A model generated the notes under the pieces. The model was not told where the DNA came from. It saw only the letters and a list, made by a program, of their open reading frames with translations, and did not search any database. A stretch of DNA of 64,000 nucleotides, taken from positions 19,127 to 83,126 of IMG/VR virus record IMGVR_UViG_3300047508_000265. One strand, 5' to 3'. Below are positions 50,762 to 61,994 of this stretch, in pieces (within the stretch, counting starts at the first letter, position 1; every line of letters starts with the position of its first letter). This DNA is from a virus. The position numbers were made by a program, and so were the translations under genes.

Positions 50762-52164
50762 ACATTTTCGCAGTAAACAAATGAAAGGAAGCACATGAAA
50801 AAATGGATTAGCTACAGGTTCGCCCTGTTGCGTTGGCGGTTCCGTTTGGGTGAGTATTCTCCGACAGGGGAATACGGTAGCCGTTGCTCTAAGTAAGTTG
50901 CAAACACTGCGATATCGGCGCAAGCTTGATATCGCAAGCTGTAATTTATGAAATGGCAGAAGGAGTTTGACGAAAACCAAAGAGCCAGACGAATTTCTGG
51001 CATGAAAACATTTGGTAAAGAAGAAATTAAAAGAGGCCGTCGAATTAGGTGCGAGCATTGTGATGTTCTTGTAATCAATAATATCGTGTGTCATGAATTC
51101 GGCTGTCCTTCCCAACGCAAATGATCGTAAGACTGCTTGATAACCCCGTGGGCTGTCTCATTGCCTCTGCTTGTGTTGTGGCATTAGTAATGAAATGGAT
51201 TTATGGAAAAAACAAAAAGCCTCAGGGACAGAATCCTAGAGGCGAACTCGGAAAAGCAAGTTGATGAGTTATTGGCGGAAGGCGCGGCTTATCAATTTGC
51301 ATCACCAACCACGCGCCGAAAATGGGAAAAAGCCGCAAGGCGTAGAAAGAGAGAACTGAATGAGCAACAAAGCTAGAAACACAGAGGCTGTGAGAATACA
51401 CAGACCCCTTGTAACAGGACAAGCTCACGGCTTGTCTATGGCGGAATTGTGCAGCATTGCGGTAGTCGCTATAATCTTCGGTATCGACTTGTTGCCGCAC
51501 ATGCGCCCTGATCAGATGTGGAGAAAATAATGACGGCAGAAGAAGTTAGAGAAGAAGATTTGAAGTTGTGGATGAACGACTTACGCAATGATAACGATGA
51601 AGGATATGAGAACGTCACTTGATTTCCTGACTGAAAAACAACTGCGCGAGCAGGAAAAGGAACTAACAGAAGTTTTGGCTTCAGGTGAGGCTACTATTGA
51701 TGTAGCAAATCGTTTGTCCAAAATCAGATCAGTTTTGCGAAGATTTGACGCCGTGAAAAATAACCAAACTTGGGATTACTAATGAAATTAGGAACTTGGA
51801 TAGTTAAAACTTATGGGAGTTTGAAGTTAGGTCTCTTGGAGAAGAGCTTTGTGTGCAAGATCGCGCATGAACGAGATAAGAAGATTGGGCATCGTGGTTT
51901 ACCCCCGAATCCGCCGCTCTTCCCAATCGACCGCAAGTCACACGCAAGAGGGCCAAGACCCAATACTTGGTGGAAACAGAGGAACAAATGAATGTATACA
52001 ACATAAGCGCAGATATAGTCTATTCAGGATATGGACAAACTACAGAAAACCTTGAAAAAGTTGTTAGTAACTTGCTTGAATCAAGCGGATTGATAACTAT
52101 TCAAGATTGCCATGTTGAAGAGTTGGAAGATTATGGTCAAGAGACTACTCGACAATGAAACAAC

Positions 52165-52695
52165 TCAGGCGACGGATTGATCTGTGGCGCTGTCGCCTTG
52201 CGTGGATTCGCCCGTGTCCTCTATGCTTTCGATTTCGGCATCCAAAACTTCACCTTCCTGATCGGGTAGTCTCATACTGTCGGCCTCGATAACCTGCGCC
52301 TCGCCGAAAGCTTCAATTTCTTCATTGATGTGCACTAGCGTTTGCTGAATCATTTCTGCGGTGTCTAGTCCCGCAGCGCGACGGGCGATCTTGTCCGCCG
52401 CCTCTAGCTCTCTGAAATTTGCAGGAGCGCGAATCTTAAACTTCTTCACACTTTCGTGAGCTTTCTCATACGCCAGTTCCCTATGCGCCTCACCCCGCTT
52501 CGGCCAGTTCACAAGCAGCTTGTTTTTTTCAGTCTGCGTAAGCAGGCGCCATTTGTAGCGTTCAGCACGGCGATAGATTGCTACACGACTTACACCAAAC
52601 TCTTTTGCAGCTTCCGTGGCGCTCAACGTTTCGGGCTTCGCCTTGGTTCCGGCGGGAACGTGAATAGCGTCTCTGATGGTATCCCAAGCAATCAT
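52165..52695 (-). CDS. Terminase small subunit-like HTH protein
   Basis: W..IR...S..EAAKEFGVS..AIYRRA.R.KW N-terminal HTH, helical middle, acidic tail; GGGGG RBS before ATG 52695. Confidence 0.6.
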   Translation of the reverse strand: MIAWDTIRDAIHVPAGTKAKPETLSATEAAKEFGVSRVAIYRRAERYKWRLLTQTEKNKLLVNWPKRGEAHRELAYEKAHESVKKFKIRAPANFRELEAADKIARRAAGLDTAEMIQQTLVHINEEIEAFGEAQVIEADSMRLPDQEGEVLDAEIESIEDTGESTQGDSATDQSVA

Positions 52696-53337
52696 TTCCC
52701 CCTTATTGTTCTTTATATGTGTCGTTGAGACACAGCAACCTTTATTCATGCGAACACAAAGTATCAGAGATTACTGGTTTTGGCAACAATTTCTGCGCAG
52801 ATTGCCATTGACTAAACCGAAACTGCGCAGCACAGTTTATGCAAAACGAAATGACTTTCGATCGATATATGATATCTCGCCTGTGGGTGAAGTATTATCT
52901 ATTGGTCAATCGGATAAGACGATGGTGGAGAAGTAAATGAAAGCAAAAATAGAATTCCCAATGAAAGGTTGCGGCATAAGTGGCGCCAAAAAGGAACGGC
53001 ATAAGCGTAAGGGAAGAAGTGAAGCGGGACGCATGAAGTCAGGTTGCAAAGCTAATTGGCGGGAACGCGGAGCTTGTCGTGTTGGTCGTGCTTACAAATG
53101 GGATGATTATCCTACGATCATGAACGCCATAGATAAGAAGGCCGCGCCAACTTCTTCAACAGCGAAAGCAAGAGTAAACGCGTTTAATGAAACAAACTAA
53201 AGAACAAGAAGCCTACTGGCAGCGACGGTTCACTGACCCCGTGATTCGGTGGCAGTGGAATAACGCAATTAAAGTCAATCCAATCAAGGAAGGCGGGATT
53301 GGCTCGCGCGTGTATCCTAATGGAGTGGTGGAATACT

Positions 53338-53868
53338 TTGGCAAATCTATTCTTCACATCTGATACTCACTTTGGGGATAGTGATTTTCTTACGCTTACG
53401 CGTGATAATGGGACATTGCTACGTGAATTTCCCTCTGTGGAAGCAATGGACGATTTCATTGTTCAACAGTGGAATTCTGTCGTTCGTCCGCAAGATCACA
53501 TCTACCATCTTGGTGATGTAGCTATGAAGCGAACAGATATCGCCACTGTTGGGCGATGCAATGGTCACAAGCGCCTTATTCGTGGTAATCATGATATTTA
53601 TAAGACCAAGGATTACTTGCCGTTCTTTGAGGAAATTATGGGACATCGCAAAATAGAATACTTCATTTTCACTCATGCGCCTTGGCATCCCTACTGCTTG
53701 CGTCATGATTGGATTAACATTCACGGCCATGTGCATAACAACGTAGCACAAGGGCATTTTGGGCCGCGCTACTATAATATTTCAACGGAAGTTACGGACT
53801 ATCGCCCTTTAGCATTGGAAGAATTGAAACAAATGGTGAAACCTTATGACGCCAAGGGAACAAATTAA
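53338..53868 (+). CDS. Calcineurin-like metallophosphoesterase
   Basis: SDTHFG, HLGD, GNHD, THAP, HGHVH. Confidence 0.9.
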   Translation: MANLFFTSDTHFGDSDFLTLTRDNGTLLREFPSVEAMDDFIVQQWNSVVRPQDHIYHLGDVAMKRTDIATVGRCNGHKRLIRGNHDIYKTKDYLPFFEEIMGHRKIEYFIFTHAPWHPYCLRHDWINIHGHVHNNVAQGHFGPRYYNISTEVTDYRPLALEELKQMVKPYDAKGTN

Positions 53869-53996
53869 CATTCGCGCCGCTCTGCATGAATTGGGATTTT
53901 TTCGAGACCAGCTGAGCGACAAGGAAGTCTGGCGTTCAGATAAAGACAAAACAAAGATAACAATAGAATGGGATACAAATGGAAACAGAACACAAG

Positions 53997-54200
53997 ATGA
54001 AATTAGTAATAGGAAGTAGCGAAGTATCAAGAAAACGAATAGTCAAAATCTCTTTAGAACAAAGAGAGGATAAAGTGCTTGTTTTAATAGACGGGTATTA
54101 TGTCCTTGGGATTTATGAAAATGGGGCAATTAAACGTATAGCAAATGTTCCTACAGATACTGGATTTTTAGTCCATAATGGAAAGATAGTTATTGAATAA
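53997..54200 (+). CDS. Hypothetical protein, tandem paralogue 1
   Basis: MKLV...L.Q....V.VL.DGY..L...G.I.R...VP...GF. Confidence 0.65.
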   Translation: MKLVIGSSEVSRKRIVKISLEQREDKVLVLIDGYYVLGIYENGAIKRIANVPTDTGFLVHNGKIVIE

Positions 54201-54216
54201 ACTAATAGAACCCAAG

Positions 54217-54417
54217 ATGAAATTAGTAACAACAGCAGATAAGAAGGAAGAAAAACGACAAGTAACCTTGCAACAAGGAGAAAAGGCAGTAGCCATTTTA
54301 GTAGACGGATATTGTATTCTAAAACTCCTTAACATCGGAGAAATCGAACGAACAGGAAGCGTTCCCTCATTTTTGGGATTTGAAATAGATTCGTTCGGTC
54401 GGGTCATTATAAAATGA
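54217..54417 (+). CDS. Hypothetical protein, tandem paralogue 2
   Basis: Same pattern; shares CAAGATGAAATTAGTAA start with paralogue 1. Confidence 0.65.
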   Translation: MKLVTTADKKEEKRQVTLQQGEKAVAILVDGYCILKLLNIGEIERTGSVPSFLGFEIDSFGRVIIK

Positions 54418-54595
54418 ACAAGTTAGTGATTGAGGTCGATCTTGATGAAGCGCGCGATGTGCCGGAAGTACTTCGCGCCTACATTAAGTTCGTAGAGTAT
54501 CGAAACACAAAACACGAGCCTATCGCTCCATGGCACTACTTCGTCCAAGATGGATTGGTTGCTAGAGCAAGGGGCGAACACAAGAGAAAGGGTGG

Positions 54596-54952
54596 ATGGT
54601 AATGAAAAAAGAAATAAAAGCATTATGGCTGACTGCGCTTCGCAGCGGCATTTACAAAAAAGGTGAAGGTGCGCTTAACGATCAACAGCATTACTGCTGT
54701 TTGGGAGTGTTGTGCGACATTTATCAAAAACAAACTGGTGAAGGCCGGTGGGAAGCAGCAGATGATGGCACACTACATTTTCGCATAGGAGAAGCTGATG
54801 AACGTGATGTGCTGCCCAATGATGTAGTAGATTGGGCGGAACTTCCTGATCGTAATCCATATTTCGATGAGTATAGGGCAATAGCCGAGTATAATGATGA
54901 AAGTGAGACGACGTTTGAAGATGTGGCTGATATTATTGAAGCTAATTTATAA
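54596..54952 (+). CDS. Hypothetical phage protein
   Basis: W..ALRSG.Y....G.L.....YCCLGVLC...ND....F..IAD.IE motif. Confidence 0.75.
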   Translation: MVMKKEIKALWLTALRSGIYKKGEGALNDQQHYCCLGVLCDIYQKQTGEGRWEAADDGTLHFRIGEADERDVLPNDVVDWAELPDRNPYFDEYRAIAEYNDESETTFEDVADIIEANL

Positions 54953-55033
54953 TGAAACTAGGAAGTCCGGAAGCAATGAGACAGGAGCCGCAGAGCGGCC
55001 CCGATTCCCAACATTCATCGGATTCCGTGACAA

Positions 55034-55396
55034 GTGGGATTTATGAAAAGAAAAGTAGAATACAGCAGCAATAATTCCGGCGGAAGCTGGTGGCTTTCTG
55101 ATAAAGATTGGAAGGCACTGGAAAAAGCTGGATGGAAAGTGGCGTGGTTTGCAAAAGATAAATATGAGAAGAAACATCTTGATAAAAACGGACGGTGGCT
55201 AGGCGCATTAGCGAGAAATGCGACTCGTTTAGGACTAAGTATGCAAGAAGCTGTTGCGGAATGGGAAGAAGTAACCGGAAAAAGTTCTGCAGCCGCGGGT
55301 TGCCCCTGTTGCGGTCAACCGCATAGCTTTACGTATTATGAAAACGGAGAATACAAGGAATCAGGACCACATACAAGCTACGGAGCAAGCTGGTGA
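55034..55396 (+). CDS. Hypothetical phage protein
   Basis: YSSNNSGGSWWL...GCPCCG.PH.F. Confidence 0.7.
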   Translation: MGFMKRKVEYSSNNSGGSWWLSDKDWKALEKAGWKVAWFAKDKYEKKHLDKNGRWLGALARNATRLGLSMQEAVAEWEEVTGKSSAAAGCPCCGQPHSFTYYENGEYKESGPHTSYGASW

Positions 55397-55666
55397 CTAT
55401 TAAACAACTGAAAAAAGAACTGGAAAAATGGTTTGATGATGCCGTGGTATCTGGCTATGTCAGTATCTGGCCTCCTGATGCCACGAAACCTGAACACACA
55501 ATAGAACTAGATGAATGAACGCACATGAAGAATTAGATATGTGGATTTCAATTTCAGAAATTTCGAATCGAGCAGGATCAAATACTACTAGAGCAGAGCA
55601 GGATTATATTTCTAAACACATTAAAGAAGCCAGACAAAAAATTAGAGACGAAAAGCTTAAAGAGAA

Positions 55667-57799
55667 ATGAAAGTAGCAGAATATGCTGGCGGAGATACCG
55701 TAGCCAGCGCTAACTTACTGCCGAAAAACATAGGCATTTCCGACAGGCCGGAAGACCAGCTAATGTTGCTGAACATTCTGTCGAACTCGCTTTATTCTGA
55801 CAAAATTAGTGCCGTCTGGCGAGAATACATTGCGAACTCGACAGACGCCCATGCGGATGCAGGAACGCCGGATAAGCCGATTGAAATATGCTTGCCAACA
55901 CAAATAGCGCCTAACGCGATCATTCGGGATTTCGGTAACGGGCTGTCCCGTGAGTTTATGGATGACGGATTCATAAAACTCATGGTATCCACGAAGCGAG
56001 ATTCTAACGATGCAGTTGGCTGCTTGGGCATTGGTCGCATGGCGGGGCTCGCGTATGGCGATGCCTTTGTAGTAACAAACTGGCACAAGGGCGAGAAAAC
56101 GATCTACAACGTTTTCCGTGATAAAGGGATGCCAAAGATGGCTTTGATGCATCGAGAGCCTTGCGGCGATCAACATGGTATCGAAATATCAGTGCCTGTG
56201 CGTAGAGAAGATTTGCAGACTTTCGCCGATCGAGCAGAGAAAGTGTGTCGTTATCTTAAAATTCCTCCTGTAGTGCATGGTGGGAAACTGGATTATAAGC
56301 GCGCGGCAAGCTCATTTGACGGCATTGGTTGGCGCTATGTTGGTGATGGGGCGTCTGTAGCAATAATGGGGAGTGTAGGCTACGCGATCAACAAGGGCGC
56401 CATACCGAATCTAAGTAACAAAGAGTCAACCCTGCTGGACTTGGGTGTGGAGTTAGAATTCAACATCGGCGATCTGAAAATGACTCCAAACCGAGAGGGA
56501 TTGGAGTATGTTGATCTGACGATCAATGCCTTAAAGAAACAGTTGAACAAGATGCTTTCTGAGCTTGGGCAGATTTTCTCAGACAAGATCGCCAAGGCCA
56601 CAAGTTATTGGGATGCAAAGCTGGCTTACGCTAATGCTTTTGAGAACGTTAGTCGATCCGGCGGCTATTATAATAGAAGCTCCTTGAGGGAAATTTTGGA
56701 GGCTCACATTCTGTGGCGTGGTAAGAAGATTGAATCTGGCTGCTTCTGCATTGAGAACAAGGAGAAGAACCTTGATGTGGGGATAACGGTCTACGAAAAG
56801 AACTGGCGTCGTATTCCAAAGCGAATTTCAGACGAGCCGGACTGGTGCGCAGTTAGCGATGCGACGAAGCTGGTTATCAATGACCTGAAAGCTGTATCGC
56901 CGAGTAGGGTAAAGTTCTACTTTGCGTCCAATCCTGCCGTTACCAGTATGGTAATTTTCACATTCGCAAATAACGCCAAGGATAAGTATTGGAAGCTGCG
57001 CGATTTGACTGGCGCGCCGACGATGCTGCACTCGTCCATGCCGAAACCGCCGCCGAGTGTAAGCACAAGCACTGGTAATGTTGCGCTAAAGCCTAAGCAT
57101 GCTGCGAAGGCATTCGTGCTGAAAGATAAATCAGATGCAAGTTATGGAGTCAACTCAGGCTGGTGGGAAACTGAAACGGTGGACTATCAGAATGACAGTG
57201 GCGTGTATGTGGTGATAGACAAGTTTGTGGCGCAGCTTCCTAATGTTTCTGGTCATTATGGTGCGGGAGAACCTGCTGCAGTTAGAAATGTGAGGAATGC
57301 GGTAAAGGCCGCGGGTCTCTTGAAAGGCAAGCTCTACGGCTTCAAGCCGCCGGTTGCGACAAAGTTGGGGAAAGGTTGGGTAAAGTTGCAGGATTATTTG
57401 CAAACTGAATTGAATACTTTGCTGGCAAAGCCCGATGCAAAACAATTACTCGCTGATGCTTTGACGGCGTATGCTTATCCAGACTTATTTGCAGAAAGCA
57501 GCAAAGCTAAATTTCCAAGTGGTTGTTTGGCGTGGATGTTCTTGAATGAAATAGAACGAATGCGGCATCCTAAGATCGGGGAGAAGCTGTTCAAGTTAAT
57601 CCATGATAAATCTGCGGAACCGTGGCTCACGCGACCCGCGGGTTTGCTTGCACCAACGATTGATTTGCTAGCTTTGGAGAAGAACGTAAAGAAAAAGTAT
57701 CCAATGCTTGAGTGGCACCCAAGATCGTATTGTCAGTCAACCGGAGCTGACTTTACACCGATCGCCGAGTATGTTAAATTGATTGAGAAAAAGATATGA
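55667..57799 (+). CDS. rIIA: rIIA-like protein (GHKL ATPase N-terminus)
   Basis: LS..LYSDKI.AV.RE...N..DAH, IRDFG.GLS, STK..SND..G..GIG. Confidence 0.85.
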   Translation: MKVAEYAGGDTVASANLLPKNIGISDRPEDQLMLLNILSNSLYSDKISAVWREYIANSTDAHADAGTPDKPIEICLPTQIAPNAIIRDFGNGLSREFMDDGFIKLMVSTKRDSNDAVGCLGIGRMAGLAYGDAFVVTNWHKGEKTIYNVFRDKGMPKMALMHREPCGDQHGIEISVPVRREDLQTFADRAEKVCRYLKIPPVVHGGKLDYKRAASSFDGIGWRYVGDGASVAIMGSVGYAINKGAIPNLSNKESTLLDLGVELEFNIGDLKMTPNREGLEYVDLTINALKKQLNKMLSELGQIFSDKIAKATSYWDAKLAYANAFENVSRSGGYYNRSSLREILEAHILWRGKKIESGCFCIENKEKNLDVGITVYEKNWRRIPKRISDEPDWCAVSDATKLVINDLKAVSPSRVKFYFASNPAVTSMVIFTFANNAKDKYWKLRDLTGAPTMLHSSMPKPPPSVSTSTGNVALKPKHAAKAFVLKDKSDASYGVNSGWWETETVDYQNDSGVYVVIDKFVAQLPNVSGHYGAGEPAAVRNVRNAVKAAGLLKGKLYGFKPPVATKLGKGWVKLQDYLQTELNTLLAKPDAKQLLADALTAYAYPDLFAESSKAKFPSGCLAWMFLNEIERMRHPKIGEKLFKLIHDKSAEPWLTRPAGLLAPTIDLLALEKNVKKKYPMLEWHPRSYCQSTGADFTPIAEYVKLIEKKI

Positions 57800-57958
57800 A
57801 ACAAATAGCTAAGGCGTTTGGGCCGAATGATGAATGCGTCCAAGTCGAAGGGTTGGTATTCAAAGTAAATATTTCAGCAAAGCTAGTAGCGGAAAAGATT
57901 AACGTCGCAATTTACAAAATTTCGAGGGAAGAACCCTCACAAACCAGAAAGAAAATAA

Positions 57959-58723
57959 ATGATAAGTTATATCAAGACTGATGAAGGACTCACTGCCGTA
58001 ATTGGTGGGAAGTCTTATTCAGTCACATCAGATAATCCGTCTTATACGCAAGTGTTGGACGCGATTTCAGCAGAGGAGTCGGAGCAGGATATCGTTGATC
58101 TGTTTAATAGTGCAAACGCAGTTAAGAGATACTTCGAGGGCAACCTTGAGGTTACAGATTACAACGAAATCTTGTTCGATGGTGAGCCTGTGCATAACGT
58201 AGTTGTGGACAGGATATTCGAGTTCATCGACGAAGGCTTGCCTTACAGGCCACTGCTTGCATTCCTAAAACGGCTGCAGGCAAATCCAAGTCGCCGAGCA
58301 GTTCAGGAACTTTACACGTTCTTGGAGCACAAGTCGTTACCCATCACAGAGGACGGGTTCTTCTTGGGTTACAAGGGCGTTACCAATGAGTATCGTGACG
58401 TTCACTCAGGACGATTCAGTAATCGTGTTGGCGTAACAAACGAAATGCCTCGGGCAAAAGTGGATGATGATTTCCGGAATCATTGTTCCTACGGATTCCA
58501 CGTAGGTTCATTAGAATATGCCACGACTTGGGGCTCCCGCACGGTAATTGTCAAGGTTGACCCCGCTGACTGCGTCAGCGTTCCTAGTGATTGCAACTGC
58601 CAGAAACTCCGTGTATGCAAATACACAGTGGTTTCAGACTACAAGGGCGCCCTTCCGAAGCCGTTGGTAGACGACGAAAACGACCCATACGAATACGACG
58701 TAGATCACACTTACGACTATTAA
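57959..58723 (+). CDS. rIIB: rIIB-like protein
   Basis: ANPS.....ELY.FL...PITEDG.F..YKGV...CS.G.HVG...YA...VKVDP.D.VSVP.D. Confidence 0.88.
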   Translation: MISYIKTDEGLTAVIGGKSYSVTSDNPSYTQVLDAISAEESEQDIVDLFNSANAVKRYFEGNLEVTDYNEILFDGEPVHNVVVDRIFEFIDEGLPYRPLLAFLKRLQANPSRRAVQELYTFLEHKSLPITEDGFFLGYKGVTNEYRDVHSGRFSNRVGVTNEMPRAKVDDDFRNHCSYGFHVGSLEYATTWGSRTVIVKVDPADCVSVPSDCNCQKLRVCKYTVVSDYKGALPKPLVDDENDPYEYDVDHTYDY

Positions 58724-59282
58724 TCCCTAACGGGATGGAAGGTCCGACCCCTTCTGTCCTAACCTATTCCAAATGGAAGATGAAGTTTTATTGGGGCTAA
58801 TCCCAACACCAGTGAAAATAAAGATTGAGTATCTCTATCTCAATATGATAAAAGCCAAAACACCAGAAGAACATACAGTAGAAAGAGAATGTTTGGAAGA
58901 TTATTTACAAGCATTAGCAAAAGCATGACCTGTGAGATCTGTCAAAATAAAGCGGGACTGGAAGCAGTCCTAGCTACTCAGAAACGAGTGAAAGAGATTC
59001 GAGAAATGCCAGATGAAGAATTCAAAAAACTAAGAAAAAGAATGGAACAGCAGTCCAACAGGAGGCGCACAGGAGCGAAATGACATTTTGTTTACGCTGT
59101 CACGAAGATTTGTTTTGGTGTAAATGCGGGATAAGGTGCAAACCTTATCCTGAGACAAGCGCGAATATTACCCTAAATGTGGATTGCCGGTCCGCAAAGA
59201 TTGCAGAAGGAAAAGTAAAGATCATGTGCGACATGCAAAATCCTAGGCCGTAGGGCGCTCGCGTATGGGTAGAAATTCAACA

Positions 59283-59492
59283 ATGAACATACCAAATAAT
59301 TTATATGTGTTGGATAACCAGAATTGGAAAACTTTAACGGGCTATATAAGTCCTGATGTGAACAACGAAAAAACAAAAACAGTAAAGCTTCCTTCTTGGT
59401 TAACACAATCAATCCAAAAGGAGATTAAACTTGCCCGAGAAGACGGAGCCGCAGAAGTAAGAAAACAAATACGAAACGCTTTACGAATATGA
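59283..59492 (+). CDS. Hypothetical protein, paralogue of 62036-62248
   Basis: MNIP...SP..NNEKT...KLP.WL...A...GA.EVR..IR.AL. Confidence 0.65.
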   Translation: MNIPNNLYVLDNQNWKTLTGYISPDVNNEKTKTVKLPSWLTQSIQKEIKLAREDGAAEVRKQIRNALRI

Positions 59493-60160
59493 GAGTTCTA
59501 GTCGCCTGTGAACGTTCCGGCGTAGTGCGAGAAGCGTTTCGGAAGTTGGGGCATGAAGCGTGGAGTTGTGATATTGTTCCTACGGATGATGGGAGCAAGT
59601 TTCATATTCAAGCAGATGCGGTAGATGTAACAAATAATCCTTGGCGATATCAACAGCTTTCTACTGTGGTTTTAGGCGATTGGTGGGACTTGATGATCGC
59701 ACATCCGCCTTGCACATATCTGTGCAACTCCGGTGTATGCTGGTTATCAGAAGAAAATAAGTATGGCGAATTGTCAGATAAAGCGAGGGATCGATGGAGA
59801 AATTTGGATAAAGCGGCGCATTTCTTTAGGCAATTATGGATGGCGAAAATTCCGCATATTGCAATTGAAAATCCTATTCCGCATAAGTATGCCAGTCTTG
59901 GGCCTTATGACCAAATCATTCAGCCTTGGATGTTCGGGCATCCGGAGAGCAAGGCAACTTGTTTGTGGTTGAAAAACCTGCCGAAGTTGGTGGAAACAAA
60001 CAACGTCAAACACATCTGGAAGCTTGCACCTAAGAGTAAGGCACAACGAATACACATGATGGGCCCAAGTAAAGATCGCTCCCGTTTACGGAGCGTAACC
60101 TATCAGGGAATCGCGGATGCTTTCGCACAACAATGGAGTGAATACATATGCAAAGCTTAA
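59489..60160 (+). CDS. DNA cytosine-5 methyltransferase-like protein
   Basis: VLVACE.SG, WSCD, IAHPPCT (catalytic PC), IENP, K.TCLW. Confidence 0.8.
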   Translation: MRVLVACERSGVVREAFRKLGHEAWSCDIVPTDDGSKFHIQADAVDVTNNPWRYQQLSTVVLGDWWDLMIAHPPCTYLCNSGVCWLSEENKYGELSDKARDRWRNLDKAAHFFRQLWMAKIPHIAIENPIPHKYASLGPYDQIIQPWMFGHPESKATCLWLKNLPKLVETNNVKHIWKLAPKSKAQRIHMMGPSKDRSRLRSVTYQGIADAFAQQWSEYICKA

Positions 60161-60491
60161 ATCTAAATATAGAAGGGGCTGCTAAACAATTAAATGATTA
60201 TCTGTATCCTAATGGTTTCTGGATAGGCCATGCTTGGATTCAGGATAATGTGTTATATGAGTTAGCAGCAAATTTAAAACAAGCAGTTGATAAGAAACGA
60301 AAGAAAGATGAAACACAAAACAGAACATAGAGGACGACCAACGTCCTACGCATTTGCCAATAACAGGCACGAACGAAAAACAGGGCAGCTTTTGTTCACT
60401 TACGCCGTGACAGCAAAAGATATACGGCGATGGTGGGCGAGTTTGCCACAGAAGAAACGGGATAAATTAATCAGGGCGATATCGAGAAGTC

Positions 60492-60956
60492 ATGCGGAAA
60501 ATTAAATTAACTCAAGGAAAGACTGCGCTAGTAAGCGATCAAGATTGGTCACGAGTTCGTAAATTCAAATGGTATGCCGTGCATATGGATAAACAATGGT
60601 ATGCACAAGCAGCATTACCTAATGGCCGACGCAACCCGCCGACAATTCTATTACACCAGTTTATTCGTAATGGGGAAAGACATGTTGATCATAGAAACTG
60701 TAACGGATTAGATAATCGTAGGCGCAATCTTCGTTCTGCTAGTAGAAGCCAGAATTTATGTAATCGGGGCAAAACACGAGCGAACACATCTGGTTTTAAG
60801 GGCGTTACTTGGAGTAAAGAAAAACAAAAATGGCAAGCACAAATTAAATTCGAAGGAGTTTATAAAATGTTAGGAAGATTTAAATCGAAACGAAAAGCGG
60901 CTCAAGTTTATGCTAGAGCGGCAAAACGAATACACAAAGAATTTGCGCGTCTATGA
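60492..60956 (+). CDS. HNH endonuclease with AP2 domain
   Basis: VDHRN.NGLDNRR.NLR...SGFKGV.W....KW.AQI....LGRF....AA..Y. Confidence 0.9.
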   Translation: MRKIKLTQGKTALVSDQDWSRVRKFKWYAVHMDKQWYAQAALPNGRRNPPTILLHQFIRNGERHVDHRNCNGLDNRRRNLRSASRSQNLCNRGKTRANTSGFKGVTWSKEKQKWQAQIKFEGVYKMLGRFKSKRKAAQVYARAAKRIHKEFARL

Positions 60957-61651
60957 ACTACAAATATTTAAGCGTAAGCGCAGATTCAAAGACTCGTAAA
61001 GGTGAAAAATTTGGGTATCTCACAGCAATTCTTTATCTTAGTCCTGCTCAAGTGGCTGGGGGTCGCAATATGTGTCCCTTTTCAACGGCGGGGTGCCGTC
61101 GTGTGTGCCTAAATTTAGCAGGACGCGGTGCTATGAATATGGTGCAACAGGCGAGAATTCGAAAGACTAGAGAATTTTTAGCGGACCCAATCGCCTTTGT
61201 TGCCCAATTACAAACAGACATAACGGGATTAATTAAAGAGGCTAAGAACAAGGGACTCATTCCAGCAGTTCGCCTTAATGGAGTTACTGATGTTCAGTGG
61301 GAGAAGTATAGTGTTATGGCGCCCTTTCCTGATGTTTTCAATTACGACTACACGAAGTTTCCAGCGGGAGTTCGCAAAGACTTACCTAAAAATTATCACC
61401 TTACCTATTCTCACTCTGAGCATCCTAAATCTTGGGAACGAAGTGAAGAATGGTTTAAGCGTGGAGTAAACACAGCAGTAGTATTCGCTCAACGATTGCC
61501 GGATACTTACAAGGGCAGGCCAGTAATCAATGGCGATGAATCAGACTTACGATTTACTGACCCGCAAGGAGTTTATGTAGGATTGAAAACAAAAGGTAAG
61601 GCGCGGAAGGATGATGGCGATGGATTCGTGGTAACATCACATTTAACATGA
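60953..61651 (+). CDS. Gp88-like (radical SAM-like) phage protein
   Basis: CP..T.GC...CL, RLNG..D, YDYTK, NYHLTYS, GD..D.RF.D. Confidence 0.75.
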   Translation: MNYKYLSVSADSKTRKGEKFGYLTAILYLSPAQVAGGRNMCPFSTAGCRRVCLNLAGRGAMNMVQQARIRKTREFLADPIAFVAQLQTDITGLIKEAKNKGLIPAVRLNGVTDVQWEKYSVMAPFPDVFNYDYTKFPAGVRKDLPKNYHLTYSHSEHPKSWERSEEWFKRGVNTAVVFAQRLPDTYKGRPVINGDESDLRFTDPQGVYVGLKTKGKARKDDGDGFVVTSHLT

Positions 61652-61994
61652 GTAGACCAGATGGATTATACAGAATAACAACGCCGGAATTCACGGCAGG
61701 ATTTGAATTGTTCGATGGGCAAGTGGTTGCTTGCGCTCCGATTCTCAAACGCAACATAGATTATTGGAAACACGAGGGCGAGTATGTTGCTCCATCGGCA
61801 GACGAAACAAGAAAGGAACTGATGGAATGAGAGATAGATGGCGCACAGGACAACCGGAACCAGAGGACTTTCAACCTACCGGTTGGCTTCATGCCATAGA
61901 TGATAAAGGTAATCATCACAGACTAACGCAGAATGAATGGCGTGAATGGTCCAAAGTAACAACGTACATGCACTGGCGATGCATAACTCCGCCA

